A program made the position numbers and the translations under genes. DNA of 42,515 nucleotides from Comamonadaceae bacterium. Its GTDB lineage: Bacteria > Pseudomonadota > Gammaproteobacteria > Burkholderiales > Burkholderiaceae_C. The stretch lies in NCBI GenBank assembly GCA_947487355.1, contig CANKXC010000001.1, positions 1 through 42,515 on the forward strand, written 5' to 3'. The notes beneath the pieces are model-generated. The model saw only the letters and a program-made list of their open reading frames with translations, was not told the DNA's origin and searched no databases. This document shows, piece after piece, positions 9,671 to 20,800 of this stretch (position 1 is the first letter of the stretch; each line of letters begins with the position of its first letter).

Positions 9671-12600
9671 ATGCCCCAAACCCTTGTTCGAATGTTGAAA
9701 ATTTCTTCTTGGCCTCGCCTGATCGATGCAGGTTTTCGCCTGTTCGCATGGGGTCTTTTGACACTGGGCGTGGTTATGGGGATGGCTTGGTCGGCACTGC
9801 ATTTTTTGATTGTGCCGCGAATTGAAAATTTTCGCCCTCAGCTAGAAAATTTGGCCAGTCAAACCCTTGGGGTTCCGGTTCAAATGGGCCAATTGGTCGC
9901 CCTCTCCTCAGGGTGGATGCCCACATTTGAAATTCACAATCTGACACTGTTAGACCCTGAAGGACGCAGGGCATTGACCCTGCCCAAAATCACTTTTGCC
10001 ATCAGCGTCAGGTCGGTTCTCAATTTTGGCGTCGAGCAGTTGGTCATTGAAGCGCCCAGCCTTGACATTCGCAGAACCGCCGAAGGCGAATGGCGCATTG
10101 CAGGTCTGGCGCTCAAAAAAGACGGCGCCGTCGATTCGGCGGCCGCCGATTGGGTTTTTTCTCAGAAAGAAATCGTCATTCAACGTGGCACGGTGGTTTG
10201 GACCGACGATTACAAAAGCACCAACCTTGATAGACCGTCACTCCAGTTGAGCGATGTTTCTTGGGTATTGCGCAACTCGGCCTGGCACCATCAATGGCGC
10301 TTGGATGCCACGCCACCAGCTGGATGGGGCGATCGCTTTGTACTCATGGGCGACATGCGGCGCGGGTTACTGTCCACTCACCCCGGTCGGATTAAAGATT
10401 GGACTGGCCAAGTTCATGTGCAGTTTCCAGATGTTGAATTGGCGCAACTGGGCCCACATTTGCCGTGGAAGGTCAATGTCACTAAGGGCAAGGGTGCGCT
10501 GCGCATGTGGGCCGACCTTCAATCTGGCAGCCTGAAACAGGCAACGGCCGATGTGGTATTAGAAAACGCAAGCGCCCAACTCAATCCAGAACTTCAAGCG
10601 CTGACCTTCAAAAACATTGCAGGTCGCTTGGCTGTCAAATCTGTTCCAAATGGGTTCGACTTTTCAACCGAGGCTTTAAGTTTTGACACAGCAGACGGAC
10701 TTCATTGGCCGGGCGGCAATGTCAATTTGACCTACACAGAAAATGACAATGGGACGTTAGCGCAAGGCAAATTTCATGGCGACAAATTAGACCTGCTGGC
10801 ACTCAGAAACATTGCCATGCAGCTGCCGCTTCCCCAAGACTCACTTCAAGTTTTGCAAGCGCACAAAGTCATGGGAACCGTGAATACCTTGCACATTGAG
10901 TGGTCTGAGCAAAATACAGCTGAAGGCAAAAGCTACAAAATCGGCAATGCCAACGGCAACATCGAAAAGTTAACATTTGAGGGCGGCAAAGTAGGCGCAT
11001 CCAATGAGAGTTGGCCTAGCATCGAAAATGCCAATGTCATCTTTGACATGAACGCAGATGGCGGCCAAATCAAAGCCAACATCGAGCGTGGCGCCCTCAG
11101 CTTTCCACAAATTTTTGAAGATCCCCGTATTTCGCTGGACAAATTACAAGCGTCCATCAAATGGGTCAAGCAAAAGGGTCAAGTCACCGTGCCCGATTGG
11201 CAACTGAGCCTTAGCAACGCCGATGTTTTGGGGTCATGGCAAGGCAGTTGGAAACCCAGCGCCGAAGCAAAGAGTTTGGGCATCCTCGATTTGCAGGGCA
11301 GCATTGTTCGCGGCAATGCGAATCAGATTTACAAGTATTTACCTTTGGGCATTCCACAAAGTGTGCGCCATTACGTGCGCGATGCCGTTGTTTCAGGCAC
11401 GGTTCAAAATGTGGCCGTCAAAATCAAAGGTGATTTGTACAAGCTGCCTTTTGCCAACCCCAAAGAAGGTGAGTTTCGTTTTGCGGGAAAGGTCAATGAC
11501 GTTCAATATGCATACGTTCCTTCAGGCGGCGCAACTGGCATTACCGCTGCAAAACAAGCGCAGGCCGAGCCCAGCTGGCCCGTCATGAACAACGTCACTG
11601 GCGACATTGTTTTTGATCGACTGAACTTTAAGGTCAACAACGCAAGCGGCAAGTGGGGCAGTACGCCCTTCACGCAAATCAAAGCCGAAATTCCCAACTT
11701 GAACAGCAACCTGCTTGTGAATGTTCAAGGCGAATCCAAATCCAGCGCCAAACAGTTGTTGAGCGATTTACGGCTATCGCCAGTGGACAGCATGTTGGAC
11801 GGCGTATTAACCCAGGCCAGCATCACCGGCAATGTCGCCTCACGAATCAAGCTCAGTATTCCTTTGGCATCCATCGACAAAACGACGCTTCAAGGTACCG
11901 TCAATTTGTCGGGCAACGATGTTCGTATTTTGAACACTTTGCCCGTTTTCGAAAAAGCCCAAGGGGCCATCACATTCACTGAAAGTGGCTTTGGTCTGGC
12001 GGGAATCAGCGCGCAGTTTTTGGGCGGTCCCATCAAGTTCGATGGGGGCAGCCGAAAGCTCCCTGCAAAAAGTTTAGAAGCCAACCCATTCATTCGTGTT
12101 CAAGGCCAAGTCTCTGCCAACGGTTTGAAACAGGCGCAAGAAATTCCGCTGCTCAGTTTGTTAGGGCAACAAGCCAGTGGTTCAACCAACTACACCGCAA
12201 GCTTTGGCATCAAAGGGGGTCAGCCAGAGTTGAACATTCAATCTCAACTGCAGGGGCTGGCTTTGAATCTGCCGTCACCTTTGAACAAGCGTACCGATGA
12301 AATGGTTGCCCTTCGCTATGACAATGCCATTCAATCACTGAGCGCTGCGCCTGGCAATAAAGCGGTTCGGGACGTTTTGCAATTCAGTTGGGGTCGCACA
12401 TTCTCAGCAAGCTACAACCGCGACGTCAGTGGCGCAGAGCCCAAGGTTTTGAATGGGCGCTGGTGGGTGGGTGATGTTGTCGCGCAAGGCTCTACCGGTG
12501 CCGCAGAGACCGGCGTCATTGCCACCGTCAATCTGCCATCGCTCTCTGTTGACGATTGGATGCAAGTCGTTGCGCCTACCAAAAGCAACGCCACAGAAAG

Positions 12601-13747
12601 TGCAACACAAAACGCAATTTCATCTGCATCACAAGCGTATTTGCCGAACCGAATGAATTTGAAAAGCAATGAACTTTTGGTGCAAGGGCGAACGCTAAGA
12701 AGCGTCCTTCTTAATGCTTCGCGGGATGGCTTTGTATGGCGAACGCAATTGGACGCCAAAGAAATGAATGGCTATTTGGAGTACCGGCAGCCAAGCCCAC
12801 AAAACACGGCTCGAATTTATGCCCGCTTAAGCAGACTGAGCCTACAACCCACAGCAGATCAAACCGTTGAGTCTTTGTTGGAGGACTCCCCCGTTTCCAT
12901 CCCCGCGCTTGACATCGTGGTGGAAGAACTCGAATTACGCGGCAAAAAATTAGGCCGCGTTGAAATTGATGCCGTCAATACGGAAATCACTACACCCAGG
13001 TCCAACACGGGCCGCGAATGGCGCTTGAACAAACTCAATGTTACTGTGCCCGAAGCTAGCTTCAAAGCCAGTGGCAAATGGGTCACATCGCGCGAAGGCA
13101 CTCAGAAGGCCAGTACCGATATCAATTTCAAATTGGACATATCTGACGCCGGTGAATTGCTTAACCGCCTAGGCACCAAAGACGCCTTAAGAGGCGGAGG
13201 TGGCAAATTAGAAGGTCAGGTCAATTGGCAGGGCTCGCCCTTGACGCTTCATTACCCCAGCCTCACGGGCCGCTTCAATGTCAACATTGGACGTGGTCAG
13301 TTTTTACAGGCAGAGCCTGGCGTTGCCAAACTTCTGGGCGTCTTAAGTTTGCAAGCACTGCCGCGCCGCTTGCTGCTCGATTTCAGAGATGTTTTCAGTG
13401 CTGGGTTTGCATTCGATTCAATTCGCGGCGATGTCACCATTCAACAGGGCATTGCCAGCACCCAAAACTTGCAAATGAAAGGGGTCAACGCCGTTGTTCA
13501 AATGGAGGGAACGTCTGACATCGCGCGTGAAACCCAAAATTTGCGCGTCCTCATTTTGCCGGAAGTTGATCCAGGCACCGCCGCTTTGTTGGCGGGCTTG
13601 GCGCTCAATCCCGCCATTGGCCTGAGCACCTTCATTGCGCAACTGGTGCTGAAACAGCCACTTTTGCGTGTCAATACACAAGAGTTCATGATCGATGGCA
13701 CTTGGGCCGATCCCAAGGTCACCAAGCTAAGCGGCAGCGCACCTTAA
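9671..13747 (+). CDS. yhdP: YhdP family AsmA-like phospholipid transport bridge protein
   Basis: 1358 aa, single N-terminal TM helix, beta-rich body, C-terminal KLLGVLSLQALPRRLLLDFRDVF and I.GTWADP; divergent from glnE as usual in Betaproteobacteria. Confidence 0.9.
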   Translation: MPQTLVRMLKISSWPRLIDAGFRLFAWGLLTLGVVMGMAWSALHFLIVPRIENFRPQLENLASQTLGVPVQMGQLVALSSGWMPTFEIHNLTLLDPEGRRALTLPKITFAISVRSVLNFGVEQLVIEAPSLDIRRTAEGEWRIAGLALKKDGAVDSAAADWVFSQKEIVIQRGTVVWTDDYKSTNLDRPSLQLSDVSWVLRNSAWHHQWRLDATPPAGWGDRFVLMGDMRRGLLSTHPGRIKDWTGQVHVQFPDVELAQLGPHLPWKVNVTKGKGALRMWADLQSGSLKQATADVVLENASAQLNPELQALTFKNIAGRLAVKSVPNGFDFSTEALSFDTADGLHWPGGNVNLTYTENDNGTLAQGKFHGDKLDLLALRNIAMQLPLPQDSLQVLQAHKVMGTVNTLHIEWSEQNTAEGKSYKIGNANGNIEKLTFEGGKVGASNESWPSIENANVIFDMNADGGQIKANIERGALSFPQIFEDPRISLDKLQASIKWVKQKGQVTVPDWQLSLSNADVLGSWQGSWKPSAEAKSLGILDLQGSIVRGNANQIYKYLPLGIPQSVRHYVRDAVVSGTVQNVAVKIKGDLYKLPFANPKEGEFRFAGKVNDVQYAYVPSGGATGITAAKQAQAEPSWPVMNNVTGDIVFDRLNFKVNNASGKWGSTPFTQIKAEIPNLNSNLLVNVQGESKSSAKQLLSDLRLSPVDSMLDGVLTQASITGNVASRIKLSIPLASIDKTTLQGTVNLSGNDVRILNTLPVFEKAQGAITFTESGFGLAGISAQFLGGPIKFDGGSRKLPAKSLEANPFIRVQGQVSANGLKQAQEIPLLSLLGQQASGSTNYTASFGIKGGQPELNIQSQLQGLALNLPSPLNKRTDEMVALRYDNAIQSLSAAPGNKAVRDVLQFSWGRTFSASYNRDVSGAEPKVLNGRWWVGDVVAQGSTGAAETGVIATVNLPSLSVDDWMQVVAPTKSNATESATQNAISSASQAYLPNRMNLKSNELLVQGRTLRSVLLNASRDGFVWRTQLDAKEMNGYLEYRQPSPQNTARIYARLSRLSLQPTADQTVESLLEDSPVSIPALDIVVEELELRGKKLGRVEIDAVNTEITTPRSNTGREWRLNKLNVTVPEASFKASGKWVTSREGTQKASTDINFKLDISDAGELLNRLGTKDALRGGGGKLEGQVNWQGSPLTLHYPSLTGRFNVNIGRGQFLQAEPGVAKLLGVLSLQALPRRLLLDFRDVFSAGFAFDSIRGDVTIQQGIASTQNLQMKGVNAVVQMEGTSDIARETQNLRVLILPEVDPGTAALLAGLALNPAIGLSTFIAQLVLKQPLLRVNTQEFMIDGTWADPKVTKLSGSAP

Positions 13748-13768
13748 GGCCCTCACAAAGGTACTGGC

Positions 13769-15832
13769 ATGAAGCGTCCAAGCCAAGCTATAGAACCTTT
13801 TTTGAATGCGCTGTGGCCGTTTTTTAAATCTGCGACGCGCTCCTTCACCGACCGCCGCATCTCTTTGTGGTTTGCATTGGTTGCATTGGTGGTGGCCTTG
13901 TTGGTCACATTGGTTTGGCTGGCTGGCCGTTATGAGGCCAGTCAATACCAATCCGAGTTGGAAAGCGATACCGTCAATGCGGCCGGAGATATTCGGCGCA
14001 GTTTGACAAGTCACGCACTGACTTTGCAAAGTTTGAATGCGCAATCACTGAGTGCCAAATCTTGGCGTGCTGAAGCAGATCGCTTGATGGCTCAAAACCG
14101 CGAATGGTTGCGCGTTGAAAAACGAGACCTTCAAGGCTTGGTGAGTGAGTTTGTCATCTCCCCCTATCTTGAGCCTCTGTTTGATGGCAACACGCGGCTT
14201 AGCGAGCAGTCTGAAATTATTCAGACATGCATTCGGGCCAAACGTTTGAATGGCCCCGCATATTCTCGAACCTATTTTGTTCCGCAAGCCAGTGGGCTTG
14301 GTTTTGAAGTCATGGAAATGTGCTTGCCCTTGATTGAACACGGCGCAAGCATTGGGTACACCGTCATCACTTACAGCCTTCGAGACATCTTGGCTTCACA
14401 GCTCTCAGAAACGTATGGCCGCAGAAACGAAATTTCATTTGTCGAGCCAGACGGAACGCGATTGGCAGTCCACGGTACACCGCCCAGAAGCAAGCGACTT
14501 TTTACGGCCACTCAGTTGATGGACTTGCCGGGCAACACCCTGATGCTCCGAATGGATGGGCGTCGCGTCGGGCCTGATCTTTTTCCGAATGTCTTGCCCG
14601 CGCTCGTCACCGCCATGTCCATTGCCTTAGTTTCTGTGTTGGTTTTATTGGTCAAAGACTCCCGTCGACGTTTAAAAGCAGAGCAAGACTTGGCCGATGC
14701 TTTGGCATTTAGAAAAGCCATGGAAGATTCGTTGGTCACGGGTTTGCGTGCGCGTGATTTGCAAGGACGAATTACGTATGTGAACCCTGCGTTTTGTCAG
14801 ATGGTTGGTTTCAACGCAGAACAATTATTGGGCGCTGCCGCGCCCATGCCGTATTGGCCAACCGAAATGGTGGGCGAGTATCAACGCCGCCAAGCTGTCC
14901 GCTTGGCAGGCAATGCGCCACCTCGAGAAGGCTTTGAATCTGTTTTTGTCAGACAAGATGGCTCGCGCTTTCCGGTGCTTATTTTTGAAGCGCCGCTGAT
15001 CAATGCAGTTGGCAAACAAACCGGATGGATGAGCGCATTCTTAGACATCAGTGAACAGCGACGCGTCGAAGAAATGTCTCGCACCAGTCAAGAACGGCTT
15101 CAAGCCACCGCCAGATTGGCGACAGTTGGTGAAATGGCCTCATTGTTAAGCCACGAGTTAAATCAACCTCTGGCCGCTATTTCAAGCTACGCCACCGGTT
15201 CCTTGAATTTGATTGGTCAACATCAAAACTTGCTGGGTCAATCTGACCCTGCTGAGTTGAACGATTTACAGATGGCCCTCGAGAGAATTGCAGCGCAGGC
15301 GAGCAGAGCGGGCAAGGTGATTAACAGTGTTCATGACTTTGTGCGACGCAGGGATCAAGCGCGCGAAGCCGTGAGTCCTCGCGCCATTGTTGATGCTGTG
15401 CTTCCGCTGGTTCAATTGCAAGCCCGCAAACTGCATGTTCGATTGGCGGTCCAAATTGATGACCACCTTCGCAATGTCCTTTGTGATCGAACCATGGTTG
15501 AGCAAGTTCTGTTGAATCTGGCGCGCAACGGCATGCAAGCGATGGACCATCCCTCTTGTTTGAATCGCGTTTTAACCATCCACGTTAAACGCGCGGCTTC
15601 CAATCACGCTCAAGGTTGGATTGAGTTTGATGTGATTGATGAGGGCATTGGTATTTCTGAAGAAGTGGGTCAGCAGTTGTTCACGCCGTTTTTCACAACC
15701 AAATCGGAGGGCATGGGTCTGGGTTTGAGTTTGTGCCGAACCGTGGTGGAACAACACGGTGGTCATCTAGAGTTTGAGCCGTTTTTACCCACCGGCACTT
15801 TGTTTCGTTTTACGCTTCCTACCCAAGCCTAA
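13769..15832 (+). CDS. Membrane-bound PAS sensor histidine kinase (DctS/FixL-like)
   Basis: Two TMs with a periplasmic domain, PAS (ITYVNPAFC..PMPYWP), H-box SHELNQPL, N-box QVLLNLARNG, DEGIG, FFTTK..GMGLGL. Confidence 0.92.
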   Translation: MKRPSQAIEPFLNALWPFFKSATRSFTDRRISLWFALVALVVALLVTLVWLAGRYEASQYQSELESDTVNAAGDIRRSLTSHALTLQSLNAQSLSAKSWRAEADRLMAQNREWLRVEKRDLQGLVSEFVISPYLEPLFDGNTRLSEQSEIIQTCIRAKRLNGPAYSRTYFVPQASGLGFEVMEMCLPLIEHGASIGYTVITYSLRDILASQLSETYGRRNEISFVEPDGTRLAVHGTPPRSKRLFTATQLMDLPGNTLMLRMDGRRVGPDLFPNVLPALVTAMSIALVSVLVLLVKDSRRRLKAEQDLADALAFRKAMEDSLVTGLRARDLQGRITYVNPAFCQMVGFNAEQLLGAAAPMPYWPTEMVGEYQRRQAVRLAGNAPPREGFESVFVRQDGSRFPVLIFEAPLINAVGKQTGWMSAFLDISEQRRVEEMSRTSQERLQATARLATVGEMASLLSHELNQPLAAISSYATGSLNLIGQHQNLLGQSDPAELNDLQMALERIAAQASRAGKVINSVHDFVRRRDQAREAVSPRAIVDAVLPLVQLQARKLHVRLAVQIDDHLRNVLCDRTMVEQVLLNLARNGMQAMDHPSCLNRVLTIHVKRAASNHAQGWIEFDVIDEGIGISEEVGQQLFTPFFTTKSEGMGLGLSLCRTVVEQHGGHLEFEPFLPTGTLFRFTLPTQA

Positions 15833-15850
15833 GGCATTTTAGAATTCAGC

Positions 15851-16495
15851 ATGCAACCAACCCTCAACGCCTGTGTCTACATTGTTGATGACGATGCCAG
15901 TGTTCGCGATGCCATGGCGTGGTTGCTGCGCTCTCGGCATGTCATGAGTGAGACTTTTGAAAGTGCAGAAGCCTTTTCTGTCATGCTCAAAGATAAATTT
16001 CATCAGACCACCGCACCCAACCCTCAACAAGCGGGTTGCATTTTGTTGGATGTTCGAATGCCTGGTCAAAGCGGTTTGGCTTTGTTTGAGACGCTTTTGA
16101 CAAATGGTTTGGCAAAAGCTTGGCCAGTTATTTTTTTAACCGGTCATGCCGATGTGCCAACCGCCGTTGACAGCGTTAAGCGGGGCGCTTTTGATTTTTG
16201 TGAAAAACCATTTTCTGACAATGCTTTGGTTGATCGCATTGAACAGGCCTTGGCGCTTTCAAGCCAACGCTTGGCATCACAAGTTATGAGCGCGGATGTT
16301 GCATCTCGATTGGCGGAACTGACCGACCGCGAGCGCGATGTTTTGCGGCTGGTTGTCGAGGGCTTACCCAATAAGCTGATTGCCGATCAATTGGACATCA
16401 GCGTTCGAACCGTTGAGGTTCACCGCTCGCGCGTTTTTGAAAAAATGAGCGTGAAGTCAGCCGTTGAATTGGCCAACTTGTTGCGCGAGGTTTAA
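15851..16495 (+). CDS. FixJ/DctR-type response regulator (REC + LuxR HTH)
   Basis: IVDDD, LLDVRMPG, FLTGH, EKPF, LTDRERDV..G.PNKLIA..L.IS.RTVEVHR. Confidence 0.94.
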   Translation: MQPTLNACVYIVDDDASVRDAMAWLLRSRHVMSETFESAEAFSVMLKDKFHQTTAPNPQQAGCILLDVRMPGQSGLALFETLLTNGLAKAWPVIFLTGHADVPTAVDSVKRGAFDFCEKPFSDNALVDRIEQALALSSQRLASQVMSADVASRLAELTDRERDVLRLVVEGLPNKLIADQLDISVRTVEVHRSRVFEKMSVKSAVELANLLREV

Positions 16496-16514
16496 GCCCT
16501 TCGCTGGCAAACGC

Positions 16515-16664
16515 TTATGAGCCCTCTACGTCGTTCTGTTTGTTAGATTTGACGTCTTCTTTCGTTATCAGTTCACCTTTTTTTCTGCCAGAAAACATGG
16601 TCCACCACACGATCAGCAACAGCAGCACCAGTGCCAACAATGCTTCTAACAAAATCAATCCCAT
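16515..16664 (-). CDS. Small single-pass membrane protein, 49 aa (MGLILLEALLALVLLLLIVWWTMFSGRKKGE...)
   Basis: AAGGAG Shine-Dalgarno just upstream of the ATG at 16664; TAAAAT further upstream; TM helix followed by WW and a basic stretch. Confidence 0.65.
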   Translation of the reverse strand: MGLILLEALLALVLLLLIVWWTMFSGRKKGELITKEDVKSNKQNDVEGS

Positions 16665-17832
16665 GAAAAAGCTCCTTGGTTCATACATTTTAGGGAGCTT
16701 GTTAATTTCCCTGTCCCTGTTCTTAGTGGCCTGCGGCTCTCGGCCTGTTAAACCTACACCGCCTCGCGAAGAGGCCCCTGCCGTTGCCGCGCCCACGCCC
16801 AATGTCTCCGCCCCAAGCACAAGCACACCCAGTTTTGTCAATCCAAAAAGCAAATGGATTTTGGCTGCTTGGAGCGACCTTCCGGGTGTTGCCAATGACA
16901 ACTTCAATGAGGCTTGGACGGCCTGGTTACAAAGTTGCACCCGCAACACAACGGCACACAAACGGCTTTGCACAGAAGTGGCTCAATTGACGGGGCAACC
17001 CTCTTCGACTCAAAGAGAATGGCTCATCAAAAACTTTCAGCCCTATCGCGTTGAGACGCTGACGGGTGATGCCGCGCCATCTACGGGTTTGTTAACCGCC
17101 TACTATGAGCCGATTTTTGAAGCCACACGCATCGCCAAGTCCGGCTTTGAGGTCCCTCTTTATAGCGTACCTGCCAATTTAAAAAGTAAATCACCTTGGT
17201 TTTCAAGGGAGGAGATTCTCAAACTGCCTGCAGCACAAGCGGCCTTAAAAGGCAAAGAAATTGCCTACATTGCCGACCCTGTCGATGCCATGATCTTGCA
17301 CATTCAAGGCTCTGGCCGTCTTTGGGTCACACAGGCTGATGGCTCGCGGCGTCAAATTCGCGTCGCTTTTGCAGGAACCAACGATCACCCTTACCAAAGC
17401 ATTGGCAGATGGCTGTTGGATCAAAATCTGACCAAAGATGCCACTTGGCCTGGCATCAAAAGTTGGCTTGCCCAAAACCCCCGAAGAACCACCGAGCTGT
17501 TGTCGAAAAACCCACGCTATGTCTTTTTCAAAGAAGAAGCCCTCTTAGGCAATGACGCCCTGTTGGGCCCCAAAGGCGCACAGGGCGTGCCTCTCACGCC
17601 AGGTCGGTCTATTGCGGTTGACCCTGGCAGCGTTCCTTATGGCATGCCTGTTTGGCTCTCAAGCAATGGTCCCCAAACTCAGCTCAATCGAATGGTCATT
17701 GCGCAAGACACCGGTAGCGCCATCGTTGGCGCCGTTCGCGCAGATTATTTTGTGGGCTCGGGACAGGCCGCTGGTGACCTTGCGGGGCGTCTCAAACAAG
17801 ACATGAAAATGTGGGTTTTGCTTCCACGCTAG
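16663..17832 (+). CDS. mltA: Membrane-bound lytic murein transglycosylase A (lipoprotein)
   Basis: MKK-hydrophobic-LVAC lipobox; GLLTAYYEP, IQGSGR, NPRYVFF, SIAVDP, AQDTGSAIVG.VRAD.F.GSG..AG..AG (3D domain). Confidence 0.93.
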   Translation: MKKLLGSYILGSLLISLSLFLVACGSRPVKPTPPREEAPAVAAPTPNVSAPSTSTPSFVNPKSKWILAAWSDLPGVANDNFNEAWTAWLQSCTRNTTAHKRLCTEVAQLTGQPSSTQREWLIKNFQPYRVETLTGDAAPSTGLLTAYYEPIFEATRIAKSGFEVPLYSVPANLKSKSPWFSREEILKLPAAQAALKGKEIAYIADPVDAMILHIQGSGRLWVTQADGSRRQIRVAFAGTNDHPYQSIGRWLLDQNLTKDATWPGIKSWLAQNPRRTTELLSKNPRYVFFKEEALLGNDALLGPKGAQGVPLTPGRSIAVDPGSVPYGMPVWLSSNGPQTQLNRMVIAQDTGSAIVGAVRADYFVGSGQAAGDLAGRLKQDMKMWVLLPR

Positions 17833-17880
17833 GCCCAGTCGTTCTACACTTCGCCTTAATGCTTAAGAAAGTGGGTCTCC

Positions 17881-20800
17881 ATGAACGCACCCTTGCCTGA
17901 ACACCTGCGCCAAGCGCTGGCCAATGTCACGCTAGACGACAAATACACCCTCCAACACGGCATGGCCTTTATGAGCGGGGTTCAAGCCTTGGTTCGCTTG
18001 CCCATGCTGCAACAAGAGCGCGATGCTTTGGCGGGCAAAAAAACAGCGGCACTTATTAGCGGGTACAGAGGTTCGCCACTGGGTGGTTACGACCAAGCGC
18101 TCTGGAAAGCCAAGCCCCATCTGGAAAAACACAACATTGTTTTTCAACCTGGCGTCAATGAAGAGTTGGCAGCAACCGCGTTGTGGGGGACTCAACAGAT
18201 GGGTTTTGCACCTCCTGGAAGCGCCAAATTTGATGGTGTCTTTGGCATTTGGTATGGCAAAGGCCCGGGCGTCGATCGTTGCTCTGACGTGTTCAAACAT
18301 GCCAACATGGCGGGTACCACCCCATGGGGTGGCGTGTTGGCAGTCGCTGGCGATGACCATGTGGCCAAAAGCTCTACGGCAGCCCACCAAAGTGACCATA
18401 TTTTCAAAGCTTGTGGCCTGCCTGTTTTCTTTCCCGCCTCTGTTCAAGAAGTTTTAGATTTGGGTGTTCATGCCATCGCCTTAAGCCGCTTTGCTGGCGT
18501 TTGGTCCGGCATGAAAACCATTCAAGAAATTGTGGAGTCTAGTGCCACGGTGGACATTGAGGCTGACCGCGTGAAGATTGTTTTGCCCGAATTTGAGATG
18601 CCAGCAGGAGGCGTTCACATTCGCTGGCCCGACGCCGCTTTAGATCAAGAGGCGCGGCTTTTTGATTACAAATGGTATGCCGCATTGGCCTACATTCGTG
18701 CCAACAAGTTAAATCACAATGTCATTGAAGGCCCCAATGACCGTTTTGGCATCATGGCCAGCGGCAAGGCTTACAACGATACACGTCAAGCCTTGCTCGA
18801 TTTGGGATTGGATGTTGCCACATGCCAACGTTTAGGTATTCGTGTGCACAAGGTTTCGGTTGTCTGGCCTTTAGAGGCCCAAACAACGCGAGAGTTTGCG
18901 CAAGGTCTGAAAGAGATTTTGGTGGTCGAAGAAAAACGCCAAATCATTGAGTACCAACTCAAAGAAGAGCTCTACAACTTGCCTGATCATTTGCGTCCCC
19001 GGATTGTGGGTAAGTTTGACGAATTGGAAGGTGATGAATCGGGCGGTGAATGGTCCATTCCCAACCCTATTTCTCACCGACTGTTGCGCGCCAATGCCGA
19101 CCTCACGCCCACGCTAATTGCCAAAGCACTTGCCAAGCGACTGCAAAAATTAAATCTGCCTGCCGATGTGGTGGCCAAAATAGAAGCGCAACTTGGCATC
19201 ATTGAAGCCAAAGAACGCGCACAAAACAGCTTGGTTTTAAATCCGGCGGCAGACCGCATGCCTTGGTTCTGTTCAGGCTGTCCTCACAATACCAGCACCA
19301 AAGTTCCCGAAGGTTCTCGTGCCATGGCGGGCATTGGTTGTCACTTTATGAGTTTGTGGATGGACCGGAGCACAACGGGCTTTACACAAATGGGTGGCGA
19401 GGGCACGCCTTGGATTGGGCAACAACACTTCAGCCATGAAAACCATGTGTTTGCCAATATTGGCGATGGCACTTATTTTCACAGTGGCATTTTGGCCATC
19501 CGGCAAAGTATTGCTGCTGGCATCAACATCACCTACAAAATTTTGTACAACGATGCTGTGGCCATGACAGGTGGCCAGCGCGTCGGTGAGCGTGCTGAAG
19601 GTCACAGTGTGGTTCAAATTTCACAAAGCATGCGCGCAGAAGGTGCCGTTGTGATCAAAGTTGTCACGGACGAACCCGAGAAATACAACGGCATTGCATT
19701 GGCTGAAGGTGTCATGGTTCATCACCGCGATGAGTTAGATGCCATTCAACGGCAACTGCGAGAAATCAAAGGCTGTACGGTCATCATTTACGACCAAACC
19801 TGTGCCACCGAAAAGCGGCGGCGGCGTAAGCGCGGCACCATGGTCGATCCAGCCGTTCGGGTGATGATCAATGAATTGGTTTGCGAAGGTTGTGGCGATT
19901 GTGGTGTTCAGTCCAACTGTTTGTCGGTTGAGCCTTTAGAAACCGAATTGGGCCGCAAGCGAACCATCAATCAGAATACTTGCAACAAAGACACCAGTTG
20001 TTTAAAAGGTTTTTGTCCCAGTTTTATCACCGTAGAAGGTGGTCAACTGAAGAAAAAATCTAAAGGTCAAAAGTTTGATGCAACACGCTTACCTGTGCTG
20101 CCTCAGCCTGTCATTCCAAATTTATCCAGTCATGCGGCCTATGGCATTGTTGTTGCTGGTGTTGGCGGAACGGGTGTCATCACCATTGGTCAACTATTGG
20201 GCATGGCTGCCCACTTAGATGGTTTGGGCGTTGTGACACAAGACTCTGCAGGTTTGGCTCAAAAAGGTGGCGCAACTTGGAGCCATGTTTTATTGGCGCA
20301 ACATCAAGATCACATTCAAACCACACGTGTCAGTATGGCAGCAGCAGACCTCATTTTGGGATGCGATCCTATTGTGAGTGCTGGTAAAGAGACACTTTCT
20401 CGCATGTTGCAAGGCAGAACGCATGTTGCCTTGAATTCACACAGCACACCCACCGCTGCATTTGTCAAGAACACGCAATGGCTCAATCCTGCCGAGAGCT
20501 GTGCGGCTGAAATTGCCAACACGGTTGGCTTGGAAGGATTGGCAAGTTTTGATGCGGACAAAATGTCGACCCTGCTAATGGGTGACACGATTTACATCAA
20601 TCCCATGATTCTGGGTTATGCCTGGCAAAAAGGTTGGGTGCCATTGAGTTTGGAAGCCTTGCAGCGAGCCATCGAACTGAATGAAGTTGCTGTTGCAAAT
20701 AACCTGGCTGCCTTTGAGTGGGGCCGGCATGCAGCCCATCAAATGTCAGCTTTGGAAGCGCTTACTTCGCCGTCGCAGGTCATTGAATTTAAAAAACGCA

